From positions 62,001 to 126,000 of IMG/VR virus record IMGVR_UViG_3300044731_002337: DNA of 64,000 nt. One strand, given 5' to 3'. The notes beneath the pieces are model-generated. The model worked only from the letters and a program-made list of their open reading frames with translations, was not told the origin of the DNA and made no database searches. This document shows, in pieces, positions 10,820-21,719 of this stretch (the first letter of the stretch is position 1; every line of letters starts with the position of its first letter). Position numbers and translations under genes: made by a program.

Positions 10820-11545
10820 TTACTTATGTAACTTCTCGTTCATTCGAAGAGGTAACTTCTCGTTCATTCGAAGAGGTAACTTCTCGTTCATTCGAAGAGG
10901 TAACTTCTCGTTCATTCGAAGAGGTAAACTATTCTTCTTCTTTTTCTTCTTAGGTATGGTTGCTTTTGGGTCTTTACGTTTTCGTTTTTTGGTGTTTGGG
11001 GTCTTTTTCTGGTTAGGTATGGTTTCCTGTTGTTGGTCTCCATGATTTCGTTTTTTGGTGGTGGGATCATAGTATTTTGTTTTGATGGCTTTCAATTCAT
11101 CTGGAGAAGGGATACAGGTGATTTCGAGTTCTTGTTTGAGTTTTTCAATAGAAGTGATTTGTCGTAATTGGATACTACAGTTGATGATGCAGAGATTGGT
11201 CATACGTTCATCGCCTAAATAATTGGCAGAGCATAACATTTCGTTTAGTTTTTTGAGTGGAAATTGGGAGACCCATTGTAAATAGTTGCTGGGTATCATA
11301 TTTTTCAGAGTTTTTACATCATAGTGAGCAGGCTTCACAATGACATAAGGCTGTTGTTGGTGAAGTTTCCAAAATTCATAGGCGTGAAGCAAGTATTCCT
11401 TCTCTAGCATGGGTAAATGAATGGTCCTAACATCTTGATCACAACTTAGTGAAGCTTCTAAAAAACTGGATTGTTGTAGTAATTCCACATCGAGTTGTGG
11501 AACTTCTTGATCGCCTTTACAAATAATAGTTATCACTTTACTCAT
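10820..11545 (-). CDS. Skp1-like protein with basic, repeat-containing tail
   Basis: BTB/POZ-like N-terminus, then LNEMLCSANYLGDERMTNLCIINCS..ITSIEKLK (Skp1 ANYL motif). Tail has 4x LPLRMNEK. Confidence 0.75.
   Translation of the reverse strand: MSKVITIICKGDQEVPQLDVELLQQSSFLEASLSCDQDVRTIHLPMLEKEYLLHAYEFWKLHQQQPYVIVKPAHYDVKTLKNMIPSNYLQWVSQFPLKKLNEMLCSANYLGDERMTNLCIINCSIQLRQITSIEKLKQELEITCIPSPDELKAIKTKYYDPTTKKRNHGDQQQETIPNQKKTPNTKKRKRKDPKATIPKKKKKKNSLPLRMNEKLPLRMNEKLPLRMNEKLPLRMNEKLHK
10828..10923. repeat. Perfect tandem repeat, 24 bp x4
   Basis: GTAACTTCTCGTTCATTCGAAGAG four times without spacers; encodes LPLRMNEK on the minus strand. Confidence 0.95.
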
Positions 11546-11640
11546 TCTTGATGACTAACTACTTTTTGTAGTGGGAAAATTGTGTCATCGGAAGTTTTTT
11601 TGTTTTTTGTCCATGTGTTTTGGTTCGGAAATAAAATTTT

Positions 11641-11654
11641 TTTTGGATTTTCCG
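11641..11654 (+). promoter_or_regulatory. Candidate promoter motif TTTTGGATTTTCCG in divergent Skp1 / 11759 spacer
   Basis: Exact motif within a CCG-rich spacer. A minus-strand CTTCCG (G at 11589) is 44 nt from the Skp1 ATG. Confidence 0.55.
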
Positions 11655-11758
11655 CAATTCGGTGGAAACTTTTTTTTCGTCTTTCCGCAAGGATTCCCGG
11701 GGCTTTCCGATTTTCCCACCGGACTAGACGTAAGACCGCCAGAATTGAGAAATTGACA

Positions 11759-13242
11759 ATGGAAGACTCACAGTGGATTGACCAAGATGACATTGCCAAA
11801 CCAACATTGGATACATCTCAACCAGAGTTTGAAAAACCTACAACACCTAGCAATGAATCGGATGGGGAGGAAGAAGAAGAAGAAGAAGAAGAATTTGAAG
11901 CTCCTAGTGGGATGAATGTGGATGAGAATGATCCAAAGCCATTATCTCATCGAATTAACCATTTACAAGCGCCTTCAACCAAGATTGTACATGCAACACA
12001 AGATGAGACACCAATGATAATTGAAGAGGAAATCCATGAGAATGGAAAGGCGGAGGTGGAAGTGGTGGAGGAGGAGAAGGAAAAGCCTCAAGAAGAAGAT
12101 GTGGTGAAGCAAGTCAATGAAGTTCATTTGAATAAGCTGAAGCGAAAGAGCAAGGAAAAGAGCAAGGAAAAGGTGAAAAAACCCAAGAAACATAAGAGGG
12201 ATAAGGAGGCAAGATTTGACTTGTTGGAAAAGAGATTGGATGTGATGGAGAAAACGAGTCAAGCATCGGTGAAACATATGAATAAGACGAATGAGCAATT
12301 GGAGAAACTCATGGGGTTAATGACGCAATTATGTCACAAAATGATTGATGGACCAATGCGAGTTGCCGCATCCACATCAGCATCATCAGTACCAGCGATT
12401 CAACATGACGTGCCTATATCCCATTTGACTGTATCCAAGGAGCAATTGGTGGCATTGATGGCGACGATATTCAAGTTTGGATTTTGTTCCAAGACTGTAT
12501 GGTTGGAAGCATCCAAGGTCAAGGAGGTTAAGACCAATCAACCGCCTCGTGTGGGTCATCAAACATTGGAAGTGGTGATTAGTGCAAGACTATTATTTGT
12601 ATTGGCTTCCAAGTTTTGTTCTGGTGCATCCAATGTATTTGGTCTCAAGGTAAAAACTATGCAAAAAAAAATCATGTGACTAAGAATGTGTGTGTATAGA
12701 CATTTAAGAGGAAAATTACGGTCAAGGTGGCATCAGAATGGTTTTTAGCCATGTTTGGAGAGACATTGGATGAAAATCATACACTGGTTAAGATTCCAGT
12801 GCCTCGGTTTCTCGAGTGTTGTGTAGCAGTTGCCAAGTCGGCTGCTAAAGAAGTCAATGTGGTATTTACAAGGCTGGACAAGATTTCCAACATGTTCAAT
12901 ATGTTTCACAAGATTCAAGGAGAAACATCAATGGAGGGTACTGATGCCTACAAGAAGCGACAATTGAAGGCTGTGACCATTTCAAGCTTTGATTATGTTG
13001 ACCCCAAGATTATTGCCCTTTTGCGAAGTACCCGAATTGAGGAATACAGTCCTGAATGTGGATTTCGCAATTTCATTTTCGGTCAAAAAGTGGTCCCTAT
13101 GAAGTTGGCTAATATTCAGCAAGATGGTGAAAAGATTACTTTGACTGCATTTTGGGGAATCAACATTTCGGTCGATGATGATGACAAGGTCGAAGAAGCC
13201 GAAGAAGGTGGTGATGAAACCAATTCTGATGAAGAAGAATAA
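11759..13242 (+). CDS. Hypothetical acidic/basic protein, 2 exons (11759..12649, 12700..13242), about 477 aa
   Basis: Two ORFs join in phase 0 across a 50-nt AAG|GTAAAA..GTATAG intron (12650..12699): FGLK|TFKRKITVKVASEW. Confidence 0.7.
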
Positions 13243-13366
13243 AATAAATACATTTCAATTATCATAAGATGGTTACTGAAAAGTATGTTTATTCTATTTT
13301 TTTTTGGATTTTCCGGAACGGGTTTGGACCGGGTTTTTTGTATAGACCGGGTTTCAAATGATCTTT

Positions 13367-13380
13367 TTTTGGATTTTCCG
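13367..13380 (+). promoter_or_regulatory. Candidate promoter motif TTTTGGATTTTCCG (second copy at 13302..13315)
   Basis: Exact motif 44 nt before helicase ATG 13424. GACCGGGTTT direct repeat lies between the two copies. Confidence 0.6.
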
Positions 13381-13423
13381 CAAGAGCCGAACCCGTATTT
13401 GACCCGTCACAAGCCCGAACGAG

Positions 13424-14941
13424 ATGAAGCGTCCTTTACCAGCAAGGTTGGCAGTTCAAGGCCGTCAAGTGAAGAGAAAGTTGGTGCTGGTACCATGGGA
13501 AAAAGAAGAAGAAGAAGAAGAAGACAAGGAGAAAGTGGTAGTACCATTCGTTCGAAATCGAGATTATTTGAAGCCATTTCAAGTGGATGCATTGAATCGA
13601 GTTCGGGAGATGAATGTATCTTATGTATCGATGGAACCTGGTATGGGCAAGACTGTGATTGCTATGGAAATGGCGCTGGAATTACAAGGCCCTATTATGG
13701 TGGTGGCCCCTTTATCGCTGCATGATAGTTTCCGTCGAAGTTTATGTAAATTCCATGTACTGGAGAGTGATCAACACCGATTTACCTTTTGTACTCCAGC
13801 AAGTTTTCGATTGGGGTTTATCAAGAATCGAGAATTGGTGAAGGATTCAATTGTCATTGTGGATGAAGCTCATTGTGTTCGAACCAATATTCGTGCTGGA
13901 TTGGTGAAGAAGTTAAAGGCGCATGGATATCCGATGATGGAACTGGAGGATGTATTGCTTCATGTGGAAAAGTATCCTAATTTGGTGTCTGAGAGTTTGG
14001 CATTGATTGAAGCATGTCGTTTGGCGAAGAAGGTGATGTTCTTGAGTGGGACTCCATTAGTGAATGATGTATTTGACATTGCCAATTTTTTATCCTTGGC
14101 GCAAAACCGGCCAATTGAGGATGCGAAATCGTTTCGTCACAAGGTGTGGGACATGGTACATGAGTGGAAAAAGTATTTCATCTTTTATCATGAGAAGAAG
14201 AAGGATTCATCTGATTTCCCCAAGATTAACATAACGCAAGTGGTGCTGGCCGTCGATAAGGAGCAATGCGCAACAGTAACTCAAAGAAAGCAACTCAATG
14301 AGCACTACAAGGCACTACCCTTTCATGTGGGAGATCGTATGTGTGGCAATGCGATACCTTTCAAGTCAAACTACATTGGCAACATGATACTCTCATTACC
14401 TCCAGAGTACAAGATTTTGATTCATAGTACGTTTAAGGAAAATGGAGTGCATATAGTGGGTGAAATGTTACGCAAGATTCAAAGGAAGTTTGTGACCATT
14501 AGTGGCGATGAGGATGAAATGGAGAGGAGTCAAAACTTTCTGACTTTTTGTGATCCCAAGTCGAATGTCAATGTATGCCTCATTTCTCCTGCTGGATGTC
14601 AAGGCTTGGACTTTTGTGGTGTTCGGGCCATTTTTGTCATGGAGTCACAATGGAACAAGGCGACTATGAATCAAATTATTGGACGTGGAGCTCGACGTGG
14701 AAGTCATAATCACCTTCCTGAAGATCAACGTAACCTCAAAGTGTATCAAATGATGATGACGTATCCTGATGATGTCGAAGAGTCTGCTGATCAACGTATT
14801 CAACAACATTCAGACAAGAAATTTGTCATTTGTCAAAAATTATTAAATGCTTTATCATCCTATTACCATTGTCTGTTTTCTTGTTCTATAAAAAAAAGAA
14901 AGTTCCGATACGTGATAATTTTTTACCGGGAATTTCGGTAA
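13424..14941 (+). CDS. Superfamily 2 helicase, D6/D11 (SNF2-like) NCLDV type
   Basis: MEPGMGKT (I), VDEAH (II), LSGTP (III), GCQGLDF (V), QIIGRGARRGSHNHLP (VI, with the SH..LP tail typical of NCLDV D6/D11-like helicases). Confidence 0.85.
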   Translation: MKRPLPARLAVQGRQVKRKLVLVPWEKEEEEEEDKEKVVVPFVRNRDYLKPFQVDALNRVREMNVSYVSMEPGMGKTVIAMEMALELQGPIMVVAPLSLHDSFRRSLCKFHVLESDQHRFTFCTPASFRLGFIKNRELVKDSIVIVDEAHCVRTNIRAGLVKKLKAHGYPMMELEDVLLHVEKYPNLVSESLALIEACRLAKKVMFLSGTPLVNDVFDIANFLSLAQNRPIEDAKSFRHKVWDMVHEWKKYFIFYHEKKKDSSDFPKINITQVVLAVDKEQCATVTQRKQLNEHYKALPFHVGDRMCGNAIPFKSNYIGNMILSLPPEYKILIHSTFKENGVHIVGEMLRKIQRKFVTISGDEDEMERSQNFLTFCDPKSNVNVCLISPAGCQGLDFCGVRAIFVMESQWNKATMNQIIGRGARRGSHNHLPEDQRNLKVYQMMMTYPDDVEESADQRIQQHSDKKFVICQKLLNALSSYYHCLFSCSIKKRKFRYVIIFYREFR

Positions 14942-14950
14942 CTATTTTCT

Positions 14951-14960
14951 GGATTTTCCG
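14951..14960 (+). promoter_or_regulatory. Candidate promoter motif GGATTTTCCG
   Basis: 46 nt before ATG 15006, within a CG-rich spacer. Confidence 0.55.
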
Positions 14961-15005
14961 CGCACTTTTCCGAAGCGGTTTGAGCGGCGCACAATTTCAT
15001 CGGAA

Positions 15006-15986
15006 ATGGAGGACGATTTCTGGAGAGCTTTTCGTGGGGAGGAACCATTACATTCTGGGTCCATATTAGGTGTTCCTTTAGCTTTGGAACATCATGATGC
15101 ACCACCAATTCCATCTGTATCTGGAGGATTGTTTGGAAGTGGAGGTGAATGTTCTTCCAAGCGAAAATCAAAGAGTGCTTTGGTGAATCCATCAGCGCCT
15201 AAGGTGACAAGAAGGACAAATTTAAATCCAGGGTCAGTGTTGGATCGCCGTGTTCCCATACCTCAGAATTCGGGTCAAAGCATTGTGCGTGAAGTGGAAA
15301 ATATGGCTCGTGAAGTGAATGTCACATTGAATCATCAAGTGGTTCGAACACAAGAACATCAAGGCACAACCATTAATTACATATTACAACGATTGATGCA
15401 ATTGGAACAAAGATCGATGGTGAATACGCTTGAGACAAACTTGAGTCCAAAAGATCACAATTTGATTCCTTGGATTTGGGTACTGATGAATATGGGTCTT
15501 CAATTGCGTATGATACAAGTCAATATGGAGAATAGGTTATGTATTGATGAAGAGGCTGTTTCCAAGGTGGCAATCAAGGCCATGGATTTCCCGGCACGCA
15601 ATCCTCCATTTACCTTGTTACGGTATATTGATTTCAAGGGAAGAGTACGATCGGATCGAAATTCAATGCCAGCATGGAAGAAAAAGGCTGAACAATTATT
15701 TGGTGACATGTCTAGTGTGACTAAGGACTATATGTTGCAAAAAGCCCATCACATTATGACTCATCCAACCTATCATGCCTTTGGGGTGGATCTAGGTCAA
15801 ACATTTATGAGGGAGGCATTATCGCAAATGAGGGAAAGTCCAAATTATTATTTCATTTCCAAGACCATTTGGCAAACCGTGTATTTGAAACATGCGGAAG
15901 ATGTGAGACTCTTACAACACATGTTTAATATTCATCAACCAACAGTGGTGACCGTTTCAGATGGTTGGAAAATAAATGTAAATTAA
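15006..15986 (+). CDS. Hypothetical protein
   Basis: 326-aa ORF with the upstream motif; no family recognised. Confidence 0.65.
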   Translation: MEDDFWRAFRGEEPLHSGSILGVPLALEHHDAPPIPSVSGGLFGSGGECSSKRKSKSALVNPSAPKVTRRTNLNPGSVLDRRVPIPQNSGQSIVREVENMAREVNVTLNHQVVRTQEHQGTTINYILQRLMQLEQRSMVNTLETNLSPKDHNLIPWIWVLMNMGLQLRMIQVNMENRLCIDEEAVSKVAIKAMDFPARNPPFTLLRYIDFKGRVRSDRNSMPAWKKKAEQLFGDMSSVTKDYMLQKAHHIMTHPTYHAFGVDLGQTFMREALSQMRESPNYYFISKTIWQTVYLKHAEDVRLLQHMFNIHQPTVVTVSDGWKINVN

Positions 15987-16027
15987 CTATTTAGGCTGTA
16001 CCGAAAGACTCTCCTAATGTCGACATC
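15983..16027 (+). repeat. 45-bp dispersed element, copy A, starting at the stop codon of the 15006 gene
   Basis: TTAACTATTTAGGCTGTACCGAAAGACTCTCCTAATGTCGACATC; 40/45 identical to the reverse complement of 50639..50683. Confidence 0.85.
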
Positions 16028-16114
16028 CATGTTGACTCTCCTAATGTCGACATCCATGTTGACTCTCCTAATGTCGACATCCATGTTGACTCTCCTAATG
16101 TCGACATCCATGTT
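16007..16114. repeat. Perfect intergenic tandem repeat, 27 bp x4
   Basis: GACTCTCCTAATGTCGACATCCATGTT four times without spacers. Confidence 0.95.
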
Positions 16115-16224
16115 AAATAACATATTTTATTATAGAATAATAGGTTCTGCATTGCATAGTTTAAACATAATATTTTTTGATAAATTTCAAGGCTTTCTCA
16201 TTCGAAGTCCAATTTGAATTTTTT

Positions 16225-16238
16225 TTTTGGATTTTCCG
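16225..16238 (+). promoter_or_regulatory. Candidate promoter motif TTTTGGATTTTCCG
   Basis: 48 nt before ATG 16286; immediately followed by a second ATTTTCCG. Confidence 0.6.
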
Positions 16239-16285
16239 CATTTTCCGATTGGACAATTATCGGACTCTTGAAGAAAAAAACAATC

Positions 16286-17536
16286 ATGCGTGCAAAAAGG
16301 TCAATTCAAGAGGAGAAGAAGAGGAAGAGAATGGAAGAGGAAGGTAGTGGTGGTGGCCAAGAAGTCAAACAGAAGATTAAGAAGCCACGTATAAGTCGTG
16401 TAGAACGAAAGAGGAGAAGAGAGGAAAAGGAAGAATTGGCGAGACAAGTACGATTTGCCAAACAACAAGAAAAAATTGCAGCCCAAATTCGGAAAAAGCA
16501 AGAATATGATCTAAAGTTGCAAGAGATTCGGTATAATGAATTTTTATTTGAAGTGGAACCTGGAACTTTTGGATTACCTAGTATGGATGATGACAAGCCA
16601 ACACGATATCGTGATCGGAGAAAGGTTGGACTATTTGGACTACTCACATGTCTACTGTATGTGATATGTGTATAGGAAGCGGATTCTACTCAATGTCATC
16701 ATTGCTACAAGAGGGTTGCTGCTCATATCAAGTGTAGTCAAGTGTTTTACTGTGAGCATTGCATTTCTAGTTTTTATCCGGACAAGACGTCATGTCCTCA
16801 TTGCGATGGAACGTGTCGATGTATCAAGTGTTATTCACATGGATATTGTTCGTTTGGATGGTATTTGGAGGTGATCAAGGCGCATTATGCAAGGCCAAGT
16901 CGTGGAGATTATGGAGCTTGGTTGTTTGATTTGGTGAATGCCCTGTTGAGTTCAGTGGAGGCTTCTGACAATGTCAAGTTGATTCGTCAGCCTGAGAATC
17001 CGTTCAAGGTGTTGCGTGAACATATTATGGGCGAGGATGATGATCAGGGTGGCAAGTCCAAGAAATTGGTATCCAAGGTTAGCAAGTATCGAAGGCTACA
17101 GAATTCGGTCTCGTGTCATTTGTGCCATAAGGCGGAACCTGTGGAGATGATGCGATGTGATATGCCCAAGTGTGGTTTATTATTTTGTAAGCGCCTATTG
17201 ATGAGTCAGCATGGAGATGAATATAGTGGGGTAGACTTTTCAACCGAGCTATTTGAGTGTCCTCGATGTCGCAAAATCTGCAAATGTACCAAGTGCAGAA
17301 CAAATATGGCCAAGGATGTCTTGGTAACGGATCAAAAGACGAAAAGACAATGGATTTTCTATTATCTCATGAGTATTCATCAATGTCGATTGGATCCGAT
17401 ATTGTATCCCATTGTACAAGAGCAATTTGGAACGGGGAAGCTTGTTGCTAAACTCTCAACTTATATTATTCGTATGTTTGCTCCTCCAAGTTCATCCGAG
17501 GAACCAGTTTCTTCCGATCATGAATCTTTGGTATAA
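16286..17536 (+). CDS. Protein with two zf-4CXXC_R1 (CDCA7-like) zinc fingers and basic N-terminus, 2 exons (16286..16624, 16676..17536), about 399 aa
   Basis: A 51-nt phase-0 intron (16625..16675) fuses the ORFs and completes finger 1 (CHHC..C..YCEHC..CPHCDGTCRCIKC). Finger 2 is CHLC..C..C..FC..CPRCRKICKCTKC. Confidence 0.65.
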
Positions 17537-17554
17537 ATTTGCTGTAAAGAAGGA

Positions 17555-19053
<1,499 letters not shown>

Positions 19054-19104
19054 AAAAAATTTTCGACACCCCCTAAATAAAAAAAACACAAAAACCCAAA
19101 TCTC

Positions 19105-21642
19105 ATGGAAGTATTTCCACCAATTGCAAATCGTAGTGTTGATCAACTGTTAAGATGTAACCCATCTAATGCTCCAAACAGACCTCGTTTTGTAAGAAGA
19201 CTTAACGAACTAATTGCAGGGGAAGATAAACCGACTCCAAAACAAAGACAAGATATTATTGACCGACATGGTTTAAATGGAGTAGATCCTTTACCTGTCA
19301 AACCCAAAACGCAATCACCGGAAAAGAAGAGAGACCGCGCCCCAACCGAAGCTGATGATGATGATGAAGTTGCTGATGAAGCCCAACCTGCTCCTGTTGC
19401 CGCTGCTGCTCCAAATTCGGAAAAAGCGAGACGAAAAGCGTTACGAAAAGAGAAACGAGCTGCGTCTAAGGAAAGGGAGGCTGGGGCACAATCGGATAAG
19501 CATGGTTTTCTGAAGACGCATCCAGCAAAAGATAGGAAGCAAGGAAAGGTGCGTACTGAGGATGATTTTGAACAGCAAATGTACCGAGAATGGAAGCCTG
19601 TTCTGGACAAAAATAACCAACCAATAATTAATGAAAAAACTGGAAAACCTAAGATGGTTCCTTCTGGCAAATGGCTAAAATCACAGAGAAAGCGCCATTT
19701 ATTGAATGAACGGGATGAAGACGGTGAACGACTAGTAGGTGCGCGTGCAGGTCGTCCTCATCGTGAGACTTACACTTCTAATAGTGGTAAGCGTTTGGGT
19801 AGTGAGTTGACTACATCTGATTGGTTGGACATTGCGAAGAGACGTTTCGCAAATAAGAATAGTGTGTATAAGAAGATGATACCTATTCCCCGTCACGTTT
19901 TACCGACGACAGATGAAGAGCGTGAGGCTGATGGGTACAAGAAGGTGTTATCTAAAAAAGGGAAGTTTGCGGAACGTTGGCGACGTGCACCTTTGTACAC
20001 AAGTGTGGAAGGACGTCATCAATTCATGACCCAATTGTTTTCGATTAGTCCCAAATATTTACAATCAGATGAGTATTCTATGCATAAGGCTGCTATTCGT
20101 GACTTGGAGAATCGTATCATTGAACATATCATCAATGACAATCGTGTAACTCGAAGTGACTTTTATTTCGATGTGGAAAAGATGGCTGGAGTTACGGGTG
20201 ATGCGTCTCATCAGCGTTTGTTTACGTTGGATTGTAAGCGTGCCCCTTTGAAGATGGGTCAACCTGGTGATAGAGATGTCAAGAAGGTGATAAACAAGGA
20301 AACTGGAGAAAAGAAGGTGGTGAAGCATAAGATTCTATCTATGCCAAGCCATTTGGTGGTTGGTTTTACCATTTGGAGAAAGTTGAAAGGCATTAAGAGG
20401 CAGGAGGATATTGATCGACTGAATGGTCATCGATTAGCCAAGAAGTGGATGCAGGATCCTAAAAATAAGGATAAAATGATAAAGAATCCAAAGTATGATG
20501 ATCAACAGGAAGATCTGTATGCAAAAATGTTACAGATTGGTAGAGGTCTTGGCCTTGTGATGGGCGAAAAAGAACCTTTCGAAATTACAAATAGAGGATT
20601 GGTACGAAGTGCTGCTTTGTGGTGGAGTAAGGATGCATCTAGAACTTTGCGTAGCGCATCCGATCATTACGAAAAGCTTCTGGATAAGCGTAGCAAGCGA
20701 ATGAAAAAAACCAAAGAAGACCAAACAGCCCGCAAGACGGCACGAAAGAATTTAGTAGCTTCACGTCACAAGAGGAGAAATGTGTTGAAGAATACTCTTG
20801 AATGGTTTAAGAAGGAGGTTATTGCTAACCCTAAGCCACAACAGTTAGTCGATAATGTGGGTAAAGCTAAGGCACAACGAAAGAAGCAGTTGGCCCATGC
20901 TGTACTGACTCAAGACGAGGAAAATGGCAAACGTATACGAGAGTTGGGTAAACTTGTGAAAGCCTCGAAGGACAGAGAGCTGAAATATGAGATGGAGGGA
21001 AAACAGAGTGAGGCAGCAACTGAAAGGTTGAGCCAAAAACAGTGGGGGGATGAAAAGAAGGAGCTGCAGGCTAAGGGAAAAGCTTTCAAGCGCAACTACC
21101 TCGAAGCGCATGAACAGGCGACAAAAAGTGCAGCTAATGCATGGGCTGATGAACAGGCGCAAAAGAAACTTGAGAGACAACAGAAAAAGGGTAACTCCAT
21201 TGTTGCTGCTCGTAATAGGGGGTTAGCAGCTAAAAGAAAAGATCTTGTGGATGTGAACGATCCTAATCAAAAGCTTACAAATGCTCAAAGACGAGCTGCT
21301 ATGAAGTTAAAAGCGATTAAGACCAAGGAACGAAATGCTAAAGCTTCGAGACGGAGAAGTGCTGCAAAAAAGAGAGGGGAAGCTGGGGTTGGGCAAAGAC
21401 AATCCAACCGAAAGCGGGGGCGGCAACCCAGACAAAATGCAGCAGCCCAAGACGCTCCACATCAAGAATTTGTTCGCGCTCCAGCACATCTTAACTATGA
21501 TAGACCACAACCGATAAATATGGAGCAAGGACAATATCAACCTGATCTACCTTTTCCCAATGCACAACAACAACAACAGATACACATTCCGGTCCCACTT
21601 CGACCCGCCCAAATTGGCCCTTACAACTTGAATTTCTATTAA
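19105..21642 (+). CDS. Large, highly basic Lys/Arg/Ala-rich hypothetical protein
   Basis: 845-aa ORF with A-rich leader and predicted helical or disordered stretches; no family recognised. Confidence 0.75.
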   Translation: MEVFPPIANRSVDQLLRCNPSNAPNRPRFVRRLNELIAGEDKPTPKQRQDIIDRHGLNGVDPLPVKPKTQSPEKKRDRAPTEADDDDEVADEAQPAPVAAAAPNSEKARRKALRKEKRAASKEREAGAQSDKHGFLKTHPAKDRKQGKVRTEDDFEQQMYREWKPVLDKNNQPIINEKTGKPKMVPSGKWLKSQRKRHLLNERDEDGERLVGARAGRPHRETYTSNSGKRLGSELTTSDWLDIAKRRFANKNSVYKKMIPIPRHVLPTTDEEREADGYKKVLSKKGKFAERWRRAPLYTSVEGRHQFMTQLFSISPKYLQSDEYSMHKAAIRDLENRIIEHIINDNRVTRSDFYFDVEKMAGVTGDASHQRLFTLDCKRAPLKMGQPGDRDVKKVINKETGEKKVVKHKILSMPSHLVVGFTIWRKLKGIKRQEDIDRLNGHRLAKKWMQDPKNKDKMIKNPKYDDQQEDLYAKMLQIGRGLGLVMGEKEPFEITNRGLVRSAALWWSKDASRTLRSASDHYEKLLDKRSKRMKKTKEDQTARKTARKNLVASRHKRRNVLKNTLEWFKKEVIANPKPQQLVDNVGKAKAQRKKQLAHAVLTQDEENGKRIRELGKLVKASKDRELKYEMEGKQSEAATERLSQKQWGDEKKELQAKGKAFKRNYLEAHEQATKSAANAWADEQAQKKLERQQKKGNSIVAARNRGLAAKRKDLVDVNDPNQKLTNAQRRAAMKLKAIKTKERNAKASRRRSAAKKRGEAGVGQRQSNRKRGRQPRQNAAAQDAPHQEFVRAPAHLNYDRPQPINMEQGQYQPDLPFPNAQQQQQIHIPVPLRPAQIGPYNLNFY

Positions 21643-21719
21643 TTTCATAACTAATAAATGTTGTGTGATACATTGAGGTTAATGATTCGAATATTGTTCT
21701 TTTATATATAAAAAAAAAT

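Noticed and set aside
10924-10952. Plus-strand GTAAAC..TTCTTAG intron-like stretch
   Set aside because: It is the reverse complement of a Lys-rich coding tract, and there is no plus-strand gene to splice.
10828-16114. 24-bp and 27-bp repeats as CRISPR arrays
   Set aside because: Units are head-to-tail with no spacers, and no cas-like gene is present.
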